A stretch of DNA of 64,000 bases, taken from the NCBI GenBank assembly GCA_039794085.1, contig JBDIWC010000009.1, positions 30,412-94,411 on the forward strand, read 5' to 3'. Below the pieces are notes generated by a model that did no database searches, had not been told where the DNA came from, and saw nothing but the letters and a program-made list of their open reading frames with translations. The position numbers were made by a program, and so were the translations under genes. Shown here in pieces: positions 1-10,240 of this stretch. This DNA is from Gemmatimonadales bacterium. GTDB lineage: Bacteria; Gemmatimonadota; Gemmatimonadetes; Gemmatimonadales; GWC2-71-9. Every line of letters starts with the position of its first letter. Within the stretch, counting starts at the first letter, position 1.

Positions 1-239
1 TAGCGATCCGACACCCTCCCCCAGACCGGCGCGAAGAGAAGTTGAGCCACGGAAAAGGAGGCGATGATGATCCCGATCTCGACGGGGGTCGCCTTCAACT
101 CCAGGGCGTAGTACGGGAGGAGGGGCAGAATCATCCCGAATCCGATCATGTCCACGCAGGTGGTGGTCATGAGGATGGTGAGGCGCCGGAACTGATCGCG
201 GCCATTTTCCCCGCGGGGGGGGACAGACGTGCCGGTCAT
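1..239 (-). CDS. MFS transporter (DHA1/TetA-like), 5' part; runs off the window start
   Basis: Not in the ORF track. Manual translation: MTGTSVPPRGENGRDQFRRLTILMTTTCVDMIGFGMILPLLPYYALELKATPVEIGIIIASFSVAQLLFAPVWGRVSDR, with TM1 D-x-x-G-x-G-x-x-x-P and the start of motif A (G-x-x-S-D-R). ATG overlaps the permease TGA (ATGA 236-239). Confidence 0.85.
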   Translation of the reverse strand, partial: MTGTSVPPRGENGRDQFRRLTILMTTTCVDMIGFGMILPLLPYYALELKATPVEIGIIIASFSVAQLLFAPVWGRVSDR

Positions 240-1903
240 CCATTCACCCGGCGCCCGTCACCCGCCAGAAAGAAGACGAGACCACTGGCCCCCATGAGCA
301 CCACCCCGTAGGCGGCCGCCACTCCCACGTCCGATTGCCTCAGGCTACCGAGAATTTCCATCGAGATGGGCCGGCTTCCGAAGGTGTACAGAATGATCGA
401 GGTCACGAAGTCCCCCAGGGCGGTGACGAAGGCGAGGGCGGCGCCCGCGGCCAGGGCGGGACGGAGCTGGGGGAGGGTGATGCGGACCAGCGTCCGGATC
501 CTCCCTGCGCCCAGGGTGGCCGCCGCCTCGGCGAGAGAGGGATCGAGCTGACGGAACCCGGCGAGCAATGACCGCCCGGTAATCGGCAGATTGCGAACCA
601 GGTAGGCCAGCGGCAGGATCCACACGGTACCCACGAGGACGAGGCGTCCCGCCTCCGGGGCATGCACGCTGAAGGCCGTGGCCAGGGCGATGGCGAAGAC
701 CGTGCCCGGCACCGCCCAGGGGAGGGCCAGGATCCCCTCCAGCATTCCCGCGGCGCGCACCCGCCGGCGCACCACGAGGGCCGCCGCCGCGAGGGCCAGG
801 AGCACGGCACCGAGAGTCGACACCGTGGCCATCCAGAGGCTCGTCACCATGGGGCGCAGTCGCTCGGGGTCCGCGGCCAGCGCCACGTAGTTCTGACTCG
901 TGTACACGGGAGGCAAAGCCTGAACCGTCCAGGTTCCCCGGGGGACAAACGACACCAGCAGCAGCGTCAGATGGGGCAACAGCATCGCCAGGGTCACGAC
1001 ACCCGTGAGAACGGGGAGCAGCGCGCGAACTCCCCGGTGTCGCACGGTTCGCGGCGCGGGCGGCACCCCCTTCCCCGTTCCACGTCCGTGCCCTTGGCCC
1101 TCAGCCCTCCGGAAGAGGAGCAGGGCCACCAGGGCCACCACGGTGAGGGCGAGGGTCTCGACCATGGCGAGGCGGACATCGCCGTTCAGGCGTGTCGCCA
1201 CGATCTGGGTGGTCATCACCTTGAACCCACCACCGAAGATATAGGGCGCGCTGAACGAGGCGAGGGAGGTCATGAAGGTGAGGAGTGCCGCTCCCAGCAA
1301 CGTGGGCCGGAGAAGGGGTATCTGCACCTTCCACCAGGTGCGCCACCGCCGCGCCCCCAGACTGGCCGCAGCCTCCAGCACGGACGCGTCCATCGACAGG
1401 AGACTCGCCCGGGTGAAGAGATAGAAGTACACATACATGGAATAGGCATGAACCAGCAGGACCGCCCCCGCTCCCTCCAGACGCCAGGGAGCCTCCTGGA
1501 CGCGGAACAGAGCCCTCACAACGTGGGCGATGAACCCGCTTTCCCCGTAGAGGAACAGAAACGCCACGACCCCGACCAGGGGTGGGAGGACCGCGGGGAG
1601 GGCCAGGAGTGCCGAAAAGAGGCGTCGGCCGGGGAAGGCGAACCGGGTCACCAGGAAGGCCAGGGGAACTCCGATCCCGGCCGCGGCCACCACGCTGGCC
1701 ACGGAAAGCCAGAGGCTCGCCCACAGCGCCCGCCACTCGGTCGGCTCCACCACGAACCGGTGGAGGGCCTCGGCGGACCATCCATTGCCGTCGCGGATGC
1801 CCTCGATCAGAACCAGCACGATCGGGTACACCACCAACCAGGCGAGAAAGACCAGGAGCCCCCATCCCAGCCACTCCGCCCGGCGACGACGGCGATCAGG
1901 CAT
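236..1903 (-). CDS. ABC transporter permease, Fe(III)/thiamine FbpB-like, two fused permease domains
   Basis: Two EAA loops (EAAASLGA, EAAATLGA) and many TM segments. Start set at MPDRRRR, overlapping the ATPase stop. Confidence 0.88.
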   Translation of the reverse strand: MPDRRRRRAEWLGWGLLVFLAWLVVYPIVLVLIEGIRDGNGWSAEALHRFVVEPTEWRALWASLWLSVASVVAAAGIGVPLAFLVTRFAFPGRRLFSALLALPAVLPPLVGVVAFLFLYGESGFIAHVVRALFRVQEAPWRLEGAGAVLLVHAYSMYVYFYLFTRASLLSMDASVLEAAASLGARRWRTWWKVQIPLLRPTLLGAALLTFMTSLASFSAPYIFGGGFKVMTTQIVATRLNGDVRLAMVETLALTVVALVALLLFRRAEGQGHGRGTGKGVPPAPRTVRHRGVRALLPVLTGVVTLAMLLPHLTLLLVSFVPRGTWTVQALPPVYTSQNYVALAADPERLRPMVTSLWMATVSTLGAVLLALAAAALVVRRRVRAAGMLEGILALPWAVPGTVFAIALATAFSVHAPEAGRLVLVGTVWILPLAYLVRNLPITGRSLLAGFRQLDPSLAEAAATLGAGRIRTLVRITLPQLRPALAAGAALAFVTALGDFVTSIILYTFGSRPISMEILGSLRQSDVGVAAAYGVVLMGASGLVFFLAGDGRRVNG

Positions 1904-2972
1904 CAGCTGCAAACAGGTGAACGCCCGCCGCCGGTTCTCGCAGGGTGACCCCCACCCGGTCCCCAACGCGGGCGGCCGCCGCATCCGCCGCCACCTCGAT
2001 CACCCCCCCCGGCACGGAGACCCGGTAGAGGGTGATGGCGCCGGTGAATCGCCGGGTCACGACCTCGCCACTGGGGACGAGCGCGCTCGCGGACGTCAGG
2101 GCCACCGCCTCGGGTCGGAGGAACAGCGTAGCCCGGGATCCACTGCCGGGGGGAATCGGCGCCTCGACCCACCACTCGGTTCCCTGGAGGCCCACCCGGG
2201 TCCGGGTTCCCTCGGAACCCAGAATCGCAACAGGGAGGGCAGCCCCCTGCCCGATGAAACCGGCCACGAAGGAGGTGGCGGGACGAGCATAGAGCTCCTC
2301 AGGGGGACCGAGCTGCTCGAGCTGTCCCTCCCGAAGCACCGCTGTCAGGTCGCCCAGGTCGAAGGCTTCCTCCTGCTCGTGGGTGACCAGCACCGCGGTG
2401 ATGCCGATCCGGTGGAGCAGGGCCCGCAACTCCCCGCGGGTCCGTTCGCGGAGAGAGGGGTCAAGATTGGAGAGAGGTTCGTCGAGGAGCAGGATCCGAG
2501 GCTCGGGAGCCAGGGCACGAGCCAGAGCCACCCGCTGCTGCTGTCCTCCGCTCAGCTGATCAACCCGGCGGCGCTCGAAACCGGCGAGTTCGACGAGCGC
2601 GAGCGCCTCGGCCACCCGCCGATCCCGTTCCCCGCCGCGGACCCCCCGGCTCTCCAGGCCGAAGGCCACGTTCCGGCCGACATCGAGATGGGGGAAGAGA
2701 GCGAAGTGCTGGAAGACCATCCCGCAGCGCCGGGTCACCGGATTCTGCCGGGTCACATCCTCCCCATCGATCAGCACCTGGCCCGATTCCGGGGATTCAA
2801 ATCCCGCCAGGAGACGGAGCGTCGTGGTCTTCCCCGAGCCGCTCGGACCCAGCAGGGCCAGGAGTTTGCCGCGTTCCAGCGTGAGTGAAAGATCCCGCAC
2901 CGCGACGGCGCCATCAAAGGCCTTGGCAAGGTGCCGGACTTCCAGACACGGGCTGTCGCCCGCCTCGGTCAT
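1896..2972 (-). CDS. ABC transporter ATP-binding protein (FbpC/PotA family)
   Basis: Walker A GPSGSGKT, signature LSGGQQQR, Walker B LLLDEP, VTH loop. Start MTEAGD in ATGA overlap with the upstream gene. Confidence 0.92.
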   Translation of the reverse strand: MTEAGDSPCLEVRHLAKAFDGAVAVRDLSLTLERGKLLALLGPSGSGKTTTLRLLAGFESPESGQVLIDGEDVTRQNPVTRRCGMVFQHFALFPHLDVGRNVAFGLESRGVRGGERDRRVAEALALVELAGFERRRVDQLSGGQQQRVALARALAPEPRILLLDEPLSNLDPSLRERTRGELRALLHRIGITAVLVTHEQEEAFDLGDLTAVLREGQLEQLGPPEELYARPATSFVAGFIGQGAALPVAILGSEGTRTRVGLQGTEWWVEAPIPPGSGSRATLFLRPEAVALTSASALVPSGEVVTRRFTGAITLYRVSVPGGVIEVAADAAAARVGDRVGVTLREPAAGVHLFAADA

Positions 2973-4045
2973 CGGGTGCGCCCCGTCCCCCGCACCCGAC
3001 GGTCCCAGTACCCCATCCAGCGTTCCCCTTCCCGGGACAGGAGGTTCCAGTCCATCGGCCACTCCACCATGGCACTCTCCACCTCGGTCACCCAGGAAGG
3101 AATGGAGTCGACGGGGAGCCCGTGCCGGGCCGGGAGACGGAACACGGCGCGCGCCGCCATGATCTGGGCCGACTCGGAGCCGACGAAATCAATGAAACGC
3201 CGGGCCGCCTCGGGGTGACGGGCTCCCCGGATCAGGCTAATGGCGTCATCGATCACGGCGGTCCCGCTGCGCGGGAACACGTAGCCGAAGGGCATTCCCT
3301 TCCCGATGCTGATCAGGACATCGGGGAGGTCCCAAAGCGTGAGCGTGCCTTCCTGACGGGAGAGCTTCTCCGTGAGCAGGGCGGGATTCATGGTGTAGGT
3401 GCGGGTCTGCCCGTCCAGACGCCGGAGCCACGCCATCCCGGGAGCGGTGTCCCCGGGGAACCGCATGCCGCGCTGCAGGATGAGCCCCCAGATCGCCCGC
3501 ATGGTCCCACTGGCGAGGGGATCACGAATCAGCACCTGGTCCCGCCATCGGGGGTCGAGCACCTCGTCCCAGTCCTCCGGAGCATCATCACGCGAAACGG
3601 CGGCGCTGTTGTAGACGATGACCGCGGGTGTCCGGTACACCGGGAAGTAGTGACCCGCCGAGTCCACTCCGGCCGGTCCGACGTGGTCCGCCCACACAGG
3701 GCGATAGGGCTGGAGCAGGGAGTCCCGCACGCCGCGATCGAAGAGAACGGTGGGACCCCCGAACCAGACGTCCGCCTGTGGGTTGACCCGCTCCGACCGA
3801 ACCCGGTCCAGGATGTCCTGACTCCCCATGTCGAGCCAGCGGAGATCGACATCGGGATTCTCCCGCTCGAAGGCACCCTCCAGCAGCTCCAATTGATCCC
3901 GGCCGTGGGGCGAATAGACGACGACCGGGGTGCGACCGTCTCCCGCCGTGCAGGCGGCGGTCCATGCGGCCATCCACGCCAGGCCCCACCACAGGAACGC
4001 CATTCGTCCGGCCGCCGCTTCCCCTCTGCAGTCACGGGTTGGCAC
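2969..4045 (-). CDS. ABC transporter extracellular solute-binding protein (FbpA/PotD-like), probable lipoprotein
   Basis: Hydrophobic N-terminus ending TAAC; motifs VVVYS, NPQADVWFGG, DPLASGT. Start uncertain (4045 or 4003). Confidence 0.85.
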   Translation of the reverse strand: MPTRDCRGEAAAGRMAFLWWGLAWMAAWTAACTAGDGRTPVVVYSPHGRDQLELLEGAFERENPDVDLRWLDMGSQDILDRVRSERVNPQADVWFGGPTVLFDRGVRDSLLQPYRPVWADHVGPAGVDSAGHYFPVYRTPAVIVYNSAAVSRDDAPEDWDEVLDPRWRDQVLIRDPLASGTMRAIWGLILQRGMRFPGDTAPGMAWLRRLDGQTRTYTMNPALLTEKLSRQEGTLTLWDLPDVLISIGKGMPFGYVFPRSGTAVIDDAISLIRGARHPEAARRFIDFVGSESAQIMAARAVFRLPARHGLPVDSIPSWVTEVESAMVEWPMDWNLLSREGERWMGYWDRRVRGTGRTR

Positions 4046-6614
4046 GGGCGGGCTCCAGCGAGAGAAGGTTGAGAAAAAGGCGCAGGGCGCCGGGTATTCC
4101 CGTCGGCAGTTGACGGAAGAAGCTCAATCCGGTGTAGACAAAGCGCCCCCGACCCAGCGGCGCCACCAGCAGGGCCCCGTCGGTGGCGTCCTCCCCGGGA
4201 TCCTGCATGCGGAGGAGAGGCGTGAACGCCGAATCCCACGTCCGGGGATAGTACAGCCCGCGCTCCTGCACCCAGCCTTCCCAATCCGGGGGGCCGATCC
4301 GGTTGGGACCATGGAACAGGGGAGCATCGGGAACCAGCACGGTGACCGGTGCTGCTTCGTCCGTCACCCGGTCGTGCCGGTCGGCCATGGTCATGGCAAC
4401 GGGGGGGAAGCGCCCCGAAAAATACCTGTGCTGCTGATATTGCACCACCAGCACGCCCCCCCGGCGGGTAAACTCCACCAATCGGTCATGGTGCCGGACG
4501 ACAGCGGAATCCGTTTCATAGGCCCGGGGGCCAATCACGATGACATCATAGCGAGTGAGATCCCCCCCCTCAAGGATCGCGGGATCCAGAAGCTCCACAG
4601 TCACCCCCACGTCCTGCAACACTTCCGGAATGCGATCCGCGGCACCCCGCACATACCCGATCCGGCGCCCGGCCGGGGGACGAGAGAAATCCGCCGTCCG
4701 TACCATTGCCCGGGCCACTCCCGTCCACCAGGTCGGCTGGACATGGGGATAGTCGGTCCGGAGGAGACCTCTGTCATACCGATTCCCTCCGTCATCCTCG
4801 ACAACCGCCCGAAGGACCCCGTCACCCCGGTCGTCAGGGGGGATCACCGAAAAGGCGAAGGTCATCCGGGACCCCCTGCCGGCCAGGACGAGAGGCTGCG
4901 ATTCCACCTCGGTCCATCCCGGGGGAAGGAGGAGTCGGATCCTCCCGGTGGTGGTGTCCGAGGCCTGATTTTCCACGCTGACGGCGATGCGTTCGGGACT
5001 CCCCGCATCGGCCCGGGCCCGCATCCGGAGATCGGTCTCCATCGCCACGGTCACACGGGGTACAACCGGGACCGGCCGACGGATTTCGCCGAGAGCCTGC
5101 TCGACGGTTCGGTGGACCACCTCCCGGCGCAGAACGGGGCCACCGTCCGTGGCAAAGGTGGCCAGGAAATCGGGGTCCCCGAACGGGGTGCCGAACGCCC
5201 GGCGGTGGTGGGCGGGCCATCGATACAGAGCCCCCCCATGCGATCGATCGAGCTCCAGGAAGTAGGGGTCGGAGACGTGCGTCGTGTCGGGAAGGGTGAA
5301 GGAGAGGGTGTCGCTCCACAGGGTCCGGGCCGCCACCGCAACGGGGGCGTGCTCCGTCACCGGCACCCCGCGGAACATCACTTCCGGCCGGATGGTCACG
5401 GGCGCGGAGCCAGCGTTCCAGCAGGAGAGCCCGAGAGGAAGATCGCGCCCGGGGATGGCGACCGGTTCGAGGCTCCGGGCATCGCAGACCATCTCGGTTC
5501 CCGCGGCCCAGGCCCGGTCGATCGCCTCCAGCTGGTCCTCGACCACCGGGGACACGTCCGCTCGATCCGGGAGCTCCTCCCACGCGTCGAGTAGCTCCGC
5601 CCGAAGCAGGGCCAGTCCCGCCGGATCGCCCGTGGCCCTCGACAAGGCGGTCTCCAGGGCGCGCCAGCGGGCCACCGCCCGGGGGCCCGCTCTCTGCACG
5701 GCGGGCATGCCGCTCAGCAGGGTGTCGATCCCCCCGAAGAATGAATCGGGCGCCTCGCCCTCTCCTGTCCGGTCCTCCAGGAGTGCCAGAAACACCGGTG
5801 AGGGACCAATGGCCTGACTGACTCCCATGTCCTGGGAGCGGTGGAGGCTCCGGCTCCGCATCGCGATCTGGTGGAACGATTGCCCCGTGACCGGATCGAG
5901 CCGCCCGCCATCGAGAGTCAGGGTGGTTCCCTCCCGATCGAACCGCGTGCTCCGGTAGAGCTTCTTCGGTTCCCACGGCTCGATCCCCTCCTCCTCCGCA
6001 AGTTCCGGAAAGACGGACGGATCCGCGGCGAGCCGAAACGCCTCGCGGGCGGCCCACCCGGCCGCCTGGTGCTGGCCGTGGCCATCCCGCGCGCTCCCCG
6101 AAAAGATGCTGACGATGATCTGAGGGCGAACCCGGCGAACGATGCGGATCACATCCTTGAGAATGGTGTCCCGGGGCCAGTGGGCCCAGGTGTCCTCGAG
6201 CGTCTTGGAGTACCCGAAGTCGTAGCCCCGGGTGAAGAACTGTCGGGCTCCGTCGAGTGACCGGGCGGCCAGAAGCTCCCCGGTTCGCAGGAGGCCCAGG
6301 GCCTCACCCAGTTCGGTGCCGATCAGGTTCTGTCCTCCCTCTCCCCGGGTCAGGGAGAGATAGGCCGCCTGGGCACCGTACCCCCGCGTCAGAACCGTCA
6401 GGAGTTCCGTGTCTTCATCGTCGGGATGGGCTCCGATGACCAGGACCCGTCGATGGTGCCCCAGTCGGAGGAGAGCCTGTTCCCGCGCCACGATGCCACC
6501 GGTCGAGGGGCCGACCGACTGGGCAGGGAGGGGAGAGGAGAGGAGGGCCGGGGCCAGCAGCACCACAAGCATTCCCCCGCGCGCCACACTCCTGCGGAGG
6601 AAGGAAAGGGTCAC
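4032..6614 (-). CDS. Secreted PIG-L family deacetylase with NEW3-like and C-terminal GATase-like domains
   Basis: AHPDDED, TRGEGGQN and HGQHQ motifs plus a signal peptide. GTG start overlaps the upstream stop (GTGA 6611-6614). C-terminal domain names are inferred. Confidence 0.85.
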   Translation of the reverse strand: MTLSFLRRSVARGGMLVVLLAPALLSSPLPAQSVGPSTGGIVAREQALLRLGHHRRVLVIGAHPDDEDTELLTVLTRGYGAQAAYLSLTRGEGGQNLIGTELGEALGLLRTGELLAARSLDGARQFFTRGYDFGYSKTLEDTWAHWPRDTILKDVIRIVRRVRPQIIVSIFSGSARDGHGQHQAAGWAAREAFRLAADPSVFPELAEEEGIEPWEPKKLYRSTRFDREGTTLTLDGGRLDPVTGQSFHQIAMRSRSLHRSQDMGVSQAIGPSPVFLALLEDRTGEGEAPDSFFGGIDTLLSGMPAVQRAGPRAVARWRALETALSRATGDPAGLALLRAELLDAWEELPDRADVSPVVEDQLEAIDRAWAAGTEMVCDARSLEPVAIPGRDLPLGLSCWNAGSAPVTIRPEVMFRGVPVTEHAPVAVAARTLWSDTLSFTLPDTTHVSDPYFLELDRSHGGALYRWPAHHRRAFGTPFGDPDFLATFATDGGPVLRREVVHRTVEQALGEIRRPVPVVPRVTVAMETDLRMRARADAGSPERIAVSVENQASDTTTGRIRLLLPPGWTEVESQPLVLAGRGSRMTFAFSVIPPDDRGDGVLRAVVEDDGGNRYDRGLLRTDYPHVQPTWWTGVARAMVRTADFSRPPAGRRIGYVRGAADRIPEVLQDVGVTVELLDPAILEGGDLTRYDVIVIGPRAYETDSAVVRHHDRLVEFTRRGGVLVVQYQQHRYFSGRFPPVAMTMADRHDRVTDEAAPVTVLVPDAPLFHGPNRIGPPDWEGWVQERGLYYPRTWDSAFTPLLRMQDPGEDATDGALLVAPLGRGRFVYTGLSFFRQLPTGIPGALRLFLNLLSLEPARANP

Positions 6615-6907
6615 CGCGTGGGGGGGTCGGATCGATCGAGCGGCCGACGGCCGAGGAAGAAGGCGATGACGAAGCTGGCCAGCGCCGTCACCAGCAACAC
6701 CCTGCCCGTCGCACTCCAGGCCGTCCCCAGGGGATACAGAAGCAACAGCATTCCGAGAGAGACAAGGATGGTTCCGAGAGCGCGGAAGACCTCGTCCAGA
6801 TTCTTCCAGTCGGTCCGGCGTCCCCAGTGAACGGCCGCGCCGAAACCGAGGATCCCGAGCAGCAGGATGCCATACCAGACAACGATCCAGAACTGACGAC
6901 CGATCAT
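6611..6907 (-). CDS. Small integral membrane protein (3 TM), hypothetical
   Basis: 98 aa with three hydrophobic segments; coupled to the PIG-L gene. Confidence 0.7.
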   Translation of the reverse strand: MIGRQFWIVVWYGILLLGILGFGAAVHWGRRTDWKNLDEVFRALGTILVSLGMLLLLYPLGTAWSATGRVLLVTALASFVIAFFLGRRPLDRSDPPTR

Positions 6908-6972
6908 CGGACGTCCTCGGTTCGAGAGGGGGCCCGGCGGATGTTACTGCCCGAAACAGGTTTTGACCAGAT

Positions 6973-7314
6973 TCACCCCGGCCCGTGGCACTCGGAACAG
7001 GGACACGCGGCCCGGAGATGGGCGAAGGTGTAGATGCCGGTGCCATGACCATCACTCCAGGTTATGCGGATGCCGTAAGACCCCACAAGGGCCAGCCGCA
7101 GCGGCGTGATCCCCTCGGGCACAGTGGCGGGATCGAGGAGAGGTCTCCCCGTCATCTCCTCGAGACATTGGGCGCACGGACAGGCGAGGCGCAGCAGGCG
7201 GGCCGGATAACGGGACTGATGTCCCTCTCCCGCCTCTCCCGCCCACTCCACCCGAATTCCATCCTCTTCCCGCACGATCCGGGTGGGTACGGCTCTGATG
7301 GTGTGATCCGACAC
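6973..7314 (-). CDS. DUF971 / GBBH-like N-terminal domain protein
   Basis: LRLACPCAQC and VGSYGIRITWSDGHGTGIYTF motifs. Confidence 0.85.
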   Translation of the reverse strand: MSDHTIRAVPTRIVREEDGIRVEWAGEAGEGHQSRYPARLLRLACPCAQCLEEMTGRPLLDPATVPEGITPLRLALVGSYGIRITWSDGHGTGIYTFAHLRAACPCSECHGPG

Positions 7315-7391
7315 CGCGTCCTCTCGTTGGCGACCCGATTATGTTAATAGTGTCGGCGCATTCCTGAACCCCCTGCCGGGAACTTCCTCGC

Positions 7392-10157
7392 ATGACAGAC
7401 CTCCATCAGAATCCCTTCGGCAGCCGGATCCCCCTCGATCTCGGAGCTCAGCAGGCCACCATCTTCCACCTTCCGACCCTGGCGGCCGAGGGGCTTGGAT
7501 CCCTCGACCGCCTTCCCTTCTCCATCCGGGTTCTGCTCGAAAACGCGCTGCGTGCCTGCGGCCAGGGCTTCGTCACCGAGGACCACGTACGCCAGGTGAT
7601 GGCCTGGGGAGGCCCCTCGGGTGACGTCATGGAGCTCCCGTTCATGCCGGCCCGGGTGGTGCTGCAGGACTTCACCGGGGTTCCGTCCGTGGTGGACCTC
7701 GCCGCGATGCGCGATGCGATGGCCCGAATGGGCGGTGATCCCGACCGGATCAATCCGGTCGTTCCCTGCGACCTCGTCATCGACCACTCGGTTCAGGTCG
7801 ATCACTACGGAAGCGCGGACGCCTTTCGCCTCAACGTGTCCCTGGAGTTCGACCGGAACCGGGAACGGTACCAGCTGCTCAAGTTTTCCCAACGGGCGTT
7901 CCGCAACTTCCGGGTGGTGCCGCCCGGACGAGGAATCGTGCATCAGGTCAACCTGGAATACCTCGCCCCGGTGGTGCAGCTGCGCAAGGACCGAGGGGCG
8001 TGGACCGCCTTCCCCGACACCCTGGTCGGCACGGACTCTCACACCACGATGATCAATGGACTCGGGGTTCTCGGCTGGGGCGTGGGTGGCATCGAGGCCG
8101 AGGCCGTCATGCTGGGCCAACCGTACTTCATGCTGCTGCCCGAGGTGATCGGCATGAAGCTGGTGGGCTCGTTGCCGCCGGGTACCACCGCCACCGACCT
8201 CGTGCTCCGGGTCACCAACATTCTCCGCGCGGAGGGTGTGGTGGACAAGTTCGTCGAGTTCTTCGGCCCGGGCCTGGGCGCGCTGACCCTGGCCGACCGT
8301 GCCACGATCGCCAACATGGCTCCCGAATACGGCGCCACGGCGGGATTCTTTCCCGTGGATCAGGCCACGCTCACCTATCTGGAACGGACCGGACGGGAAC
8401 CCGAGGTGGTGACCCGTGTGGAGCGGTACTGCAAGGAGCAGGGCCTCTTCCATGGACCCGGGACCCCGGACCCCTCCTACACACGCACCGTCACGCTCGA
8501 TCTCGACACCATCACTCCCAGTCTGGCGGGACCCCGCCGCCCCCAGGACATCGTTCCGCTCACCGGCCTGCCCCGGAACTTCTCCCTCGCGCTGCCCCAT
8601 CTGTTGAGCGCCAAGGCGCCGGAGGATCGGCGAGCCCGGGCCAAGGCCAATGCCACCGCATGGGAGAGCGAAGGAGGGGCCACCGCCGTCGCCACTGCTC
8701 CCGTCGGGGGAGGGGACCCGGCGAACTGCTCCGACCATCTCACCGATGGGGACGTCGTGATCGCGGCCATCACCAGCTGCACCAACACATCGAACCCCTC
8801 CGTCATGGTGGGCGCGGGTCTCCTGGCGCAGAAGGCACTCGCCCGGGGCCTCCAGACCCGTCCCTGGGTCAAAACGAGCCTCGCCCCGGGATCTCGCGTG
8901 GTCACCGATTATCTCACGGGAGCCGGACTCCTCCCCTCCCTGGAGGCGCTCGGCTTCCAGGTGGTCGGCTATGGATGCACCACCTGCATCGGAAACAGCG
9001 GACCCCTCCCGCCCGACGTGGCCGACCACATCGAGACGAACCAGATCGTGGCCGCGGCCGTGCTCAGCGGCAACCGCAACTTCGAGGCGCGAATTCACCC
9101 CCTGGTGCGCGCCAACTATCTTGCCTCGCCCATGCTGGTGGTGGCCTTTGCCCTGGCCGGCCGGATCACGCTCGACCTCACGAAGGATCCCCTCGGTCAC
9201 GACACCGAGGGACACCCGGTCTACCTCAAGGACATCTGGCCCACCTCCGAGGAGATCGCCGAGGTGATGGCCCGTGCGGTGACTCCCGAACTGTTCCGCC
9301 AGCAATACGCCTCCGTGTTCGACGGCGACGACGAGTGGCAGGAACTGGAGGTCCCCACCGGGAGCCGGTTTGCCTGGGACAGGGAATCCACCTATGTCCA
9401 GGAGCCCCCCTTCTTCACCGAGCTGCCTCGGACCCCCGGCGAACCCCGGAACATCGACAACGCCCGGGTGCTGGTCATGGTGGGTGATTCGGTGACGACG
9501 GACCACATCTCCCCCGCCGGTGCCATTCCGGCGGATGGACCCGCCGCGCGGTACCTGCGGGGCCACGGCGTGGAACAGGTGGACTGGAACACCTTCGGGG
9601 CGCGGCGCGGCAACCACGAGGTGATGATGCGCGGAACCTTCGGCAACGTCCGGATCAAGAACCAGCTCGTTCCGGGCCGCGAGGGGAACTGGACCTGGCA
9701 CCCCGAGGAGGAGGAGGCCATCTCGATCTATGATGCCGCCATGCGCTATGCCGAGTCGGAAACACCCCTGGTGGTGTTGGCCGGAAAGGAGTACGGGACC
9801 GGATCCAGCCGGGACTGGGCCGCGAAGGGAACAGCCCTTCTGGGAGTGAAGGCTGTCCTTGCCGAGAGCTATGAGCGGATCCACCGCAGCAACCTGGTCG
9901 GCATGGGGGTGCTGCCGCTCGCGTACCAACCGGGAGAGTCGGCCGCGTCGCTGGGATTGACCGGGCGGGAGACATTCTCCATCGGCGGCATCGCGGAGGG
10001 CCTGGTTCCGGCCGGGACCGTCACCGTCACCGCCACCCGGGAGGAGGGGTCGGCCACGCAATTTCAGGCCGTGGTTCGGCTCAACTCCGAAGTGGAGATC
10101 GACTACTACCGCCACGGCGGGATCCTGCAACGGGTCCTCCGGCACTTTCTCGCTTGA
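7392..10157 (+). CDS. acnA: Aconitate hydratase A
   Basis: QDFTGVP, DHSVQVD, GTDSHT, AAITSCTNTSNP, GYGCTTCIGNSG, TTDHISPAG, GSSRDWAAKG. Confidence 0.97.
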   Translation: MTDLHQNPFGSRIPLDLGAQQATIFHLPTLAAEGLGSLDRLPFSIRVLLENALRACGQGFVTEDHVRQVMAWGGPSGDVMELPFMPARVVLQDFTGVPSVVDLAAMRDAMARMGGDPDRINPVVPCDLVIDHSVQVDHYGSADAFRLNVSLEFDRNRERYQLLKFSQRAFRNFRVVPPGRGIVHQVNLEYLAPVVQLRKDRGAWTAFPDTLVGTDSHTTMINGLGVLGWGVGGIEAEAVMLGQPYFMLLPEVIGMKLVGSLPPGTTATDLVLRVTNILRAEGVVDKFVEFFGPGLGALTLADRATIANMAPEYGATAGFFPVDQATLTYLERTGREPEVVTRVERYCKEQGLFHGPGTPDPSYTRTVTLDLDTITPSLAGPRRPQDIVPLTGLPRNFSLALPHLLSAKAPEDRRARAKANATAWESEGGATAVATAPVGGGDPANCSDHLTDGDVVIAAITSCTNTSNPSVMVGAGLLAQKALARGLQTRPWVKTSLAPGSRVVTDYLTGAGLLPSLEALGFQVVGYGCTTCIGNSGPLPPDVADHIETNQIVAAAVLSGNRNFEARIHPLVRANYLASPMLVVAFALAGRITLDLTKDPLGHDTEGHPVYLKDIWPTSEEIAEVMARAVTPELFRQQYASVFDGDDEWQELEVPTGSRFAWDRESTYVQEPPFFTELPRTPGEPRNIDNARVLVMVGDSVTTDHISPAGAIPADGPAARYLRGHGVEQVDWNTFGARRGNHEVMMRGTFGNVRIKNQLVPGREGNWTWHPEEEEAISIYDAAMRYAESETPLVVLAGKEYGTGSSRDWAAKGTALLGVKAVLAESYERIHRSNLVGMGVLPLAYQPGESAASLGLTGRETFSIGGIAEGLVPAGTVTVTATREEGSATQFQAVVRLNSEVEIDYYRHGGILQRVLRHFLA

Positions 10158-10179
10158 GAGAAAGTGACCACCACAACGT

Positions 10180-10211
10180 CAACGGGGCGCCCAGTAGTGG
10201 ACGCCCCGTTG
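10180..10211. terminator. Hairpin between convergent acnA and sigma factor, probable terminator
   Basis: CAACGGGGCG-cccagtagtgga-CGCCCCGTTG, perfect 10-bp stem; no clear U-tract. Confidence 0.55.
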
Positions 10212-10240
10212 CCGTTCGTGCCGTGTTCACCGAAGGGGTG

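Noticed and set aside
7344..10145. 933-aa ORF antisense to acnA, and similar long antisense ORFs at 19095-21986, 23419-26247, 37152-40577 and 50777-52954
   Set aside because: Shadow frames of well-supported genes, expected from high-GC codon bias; no recognisable motifs.
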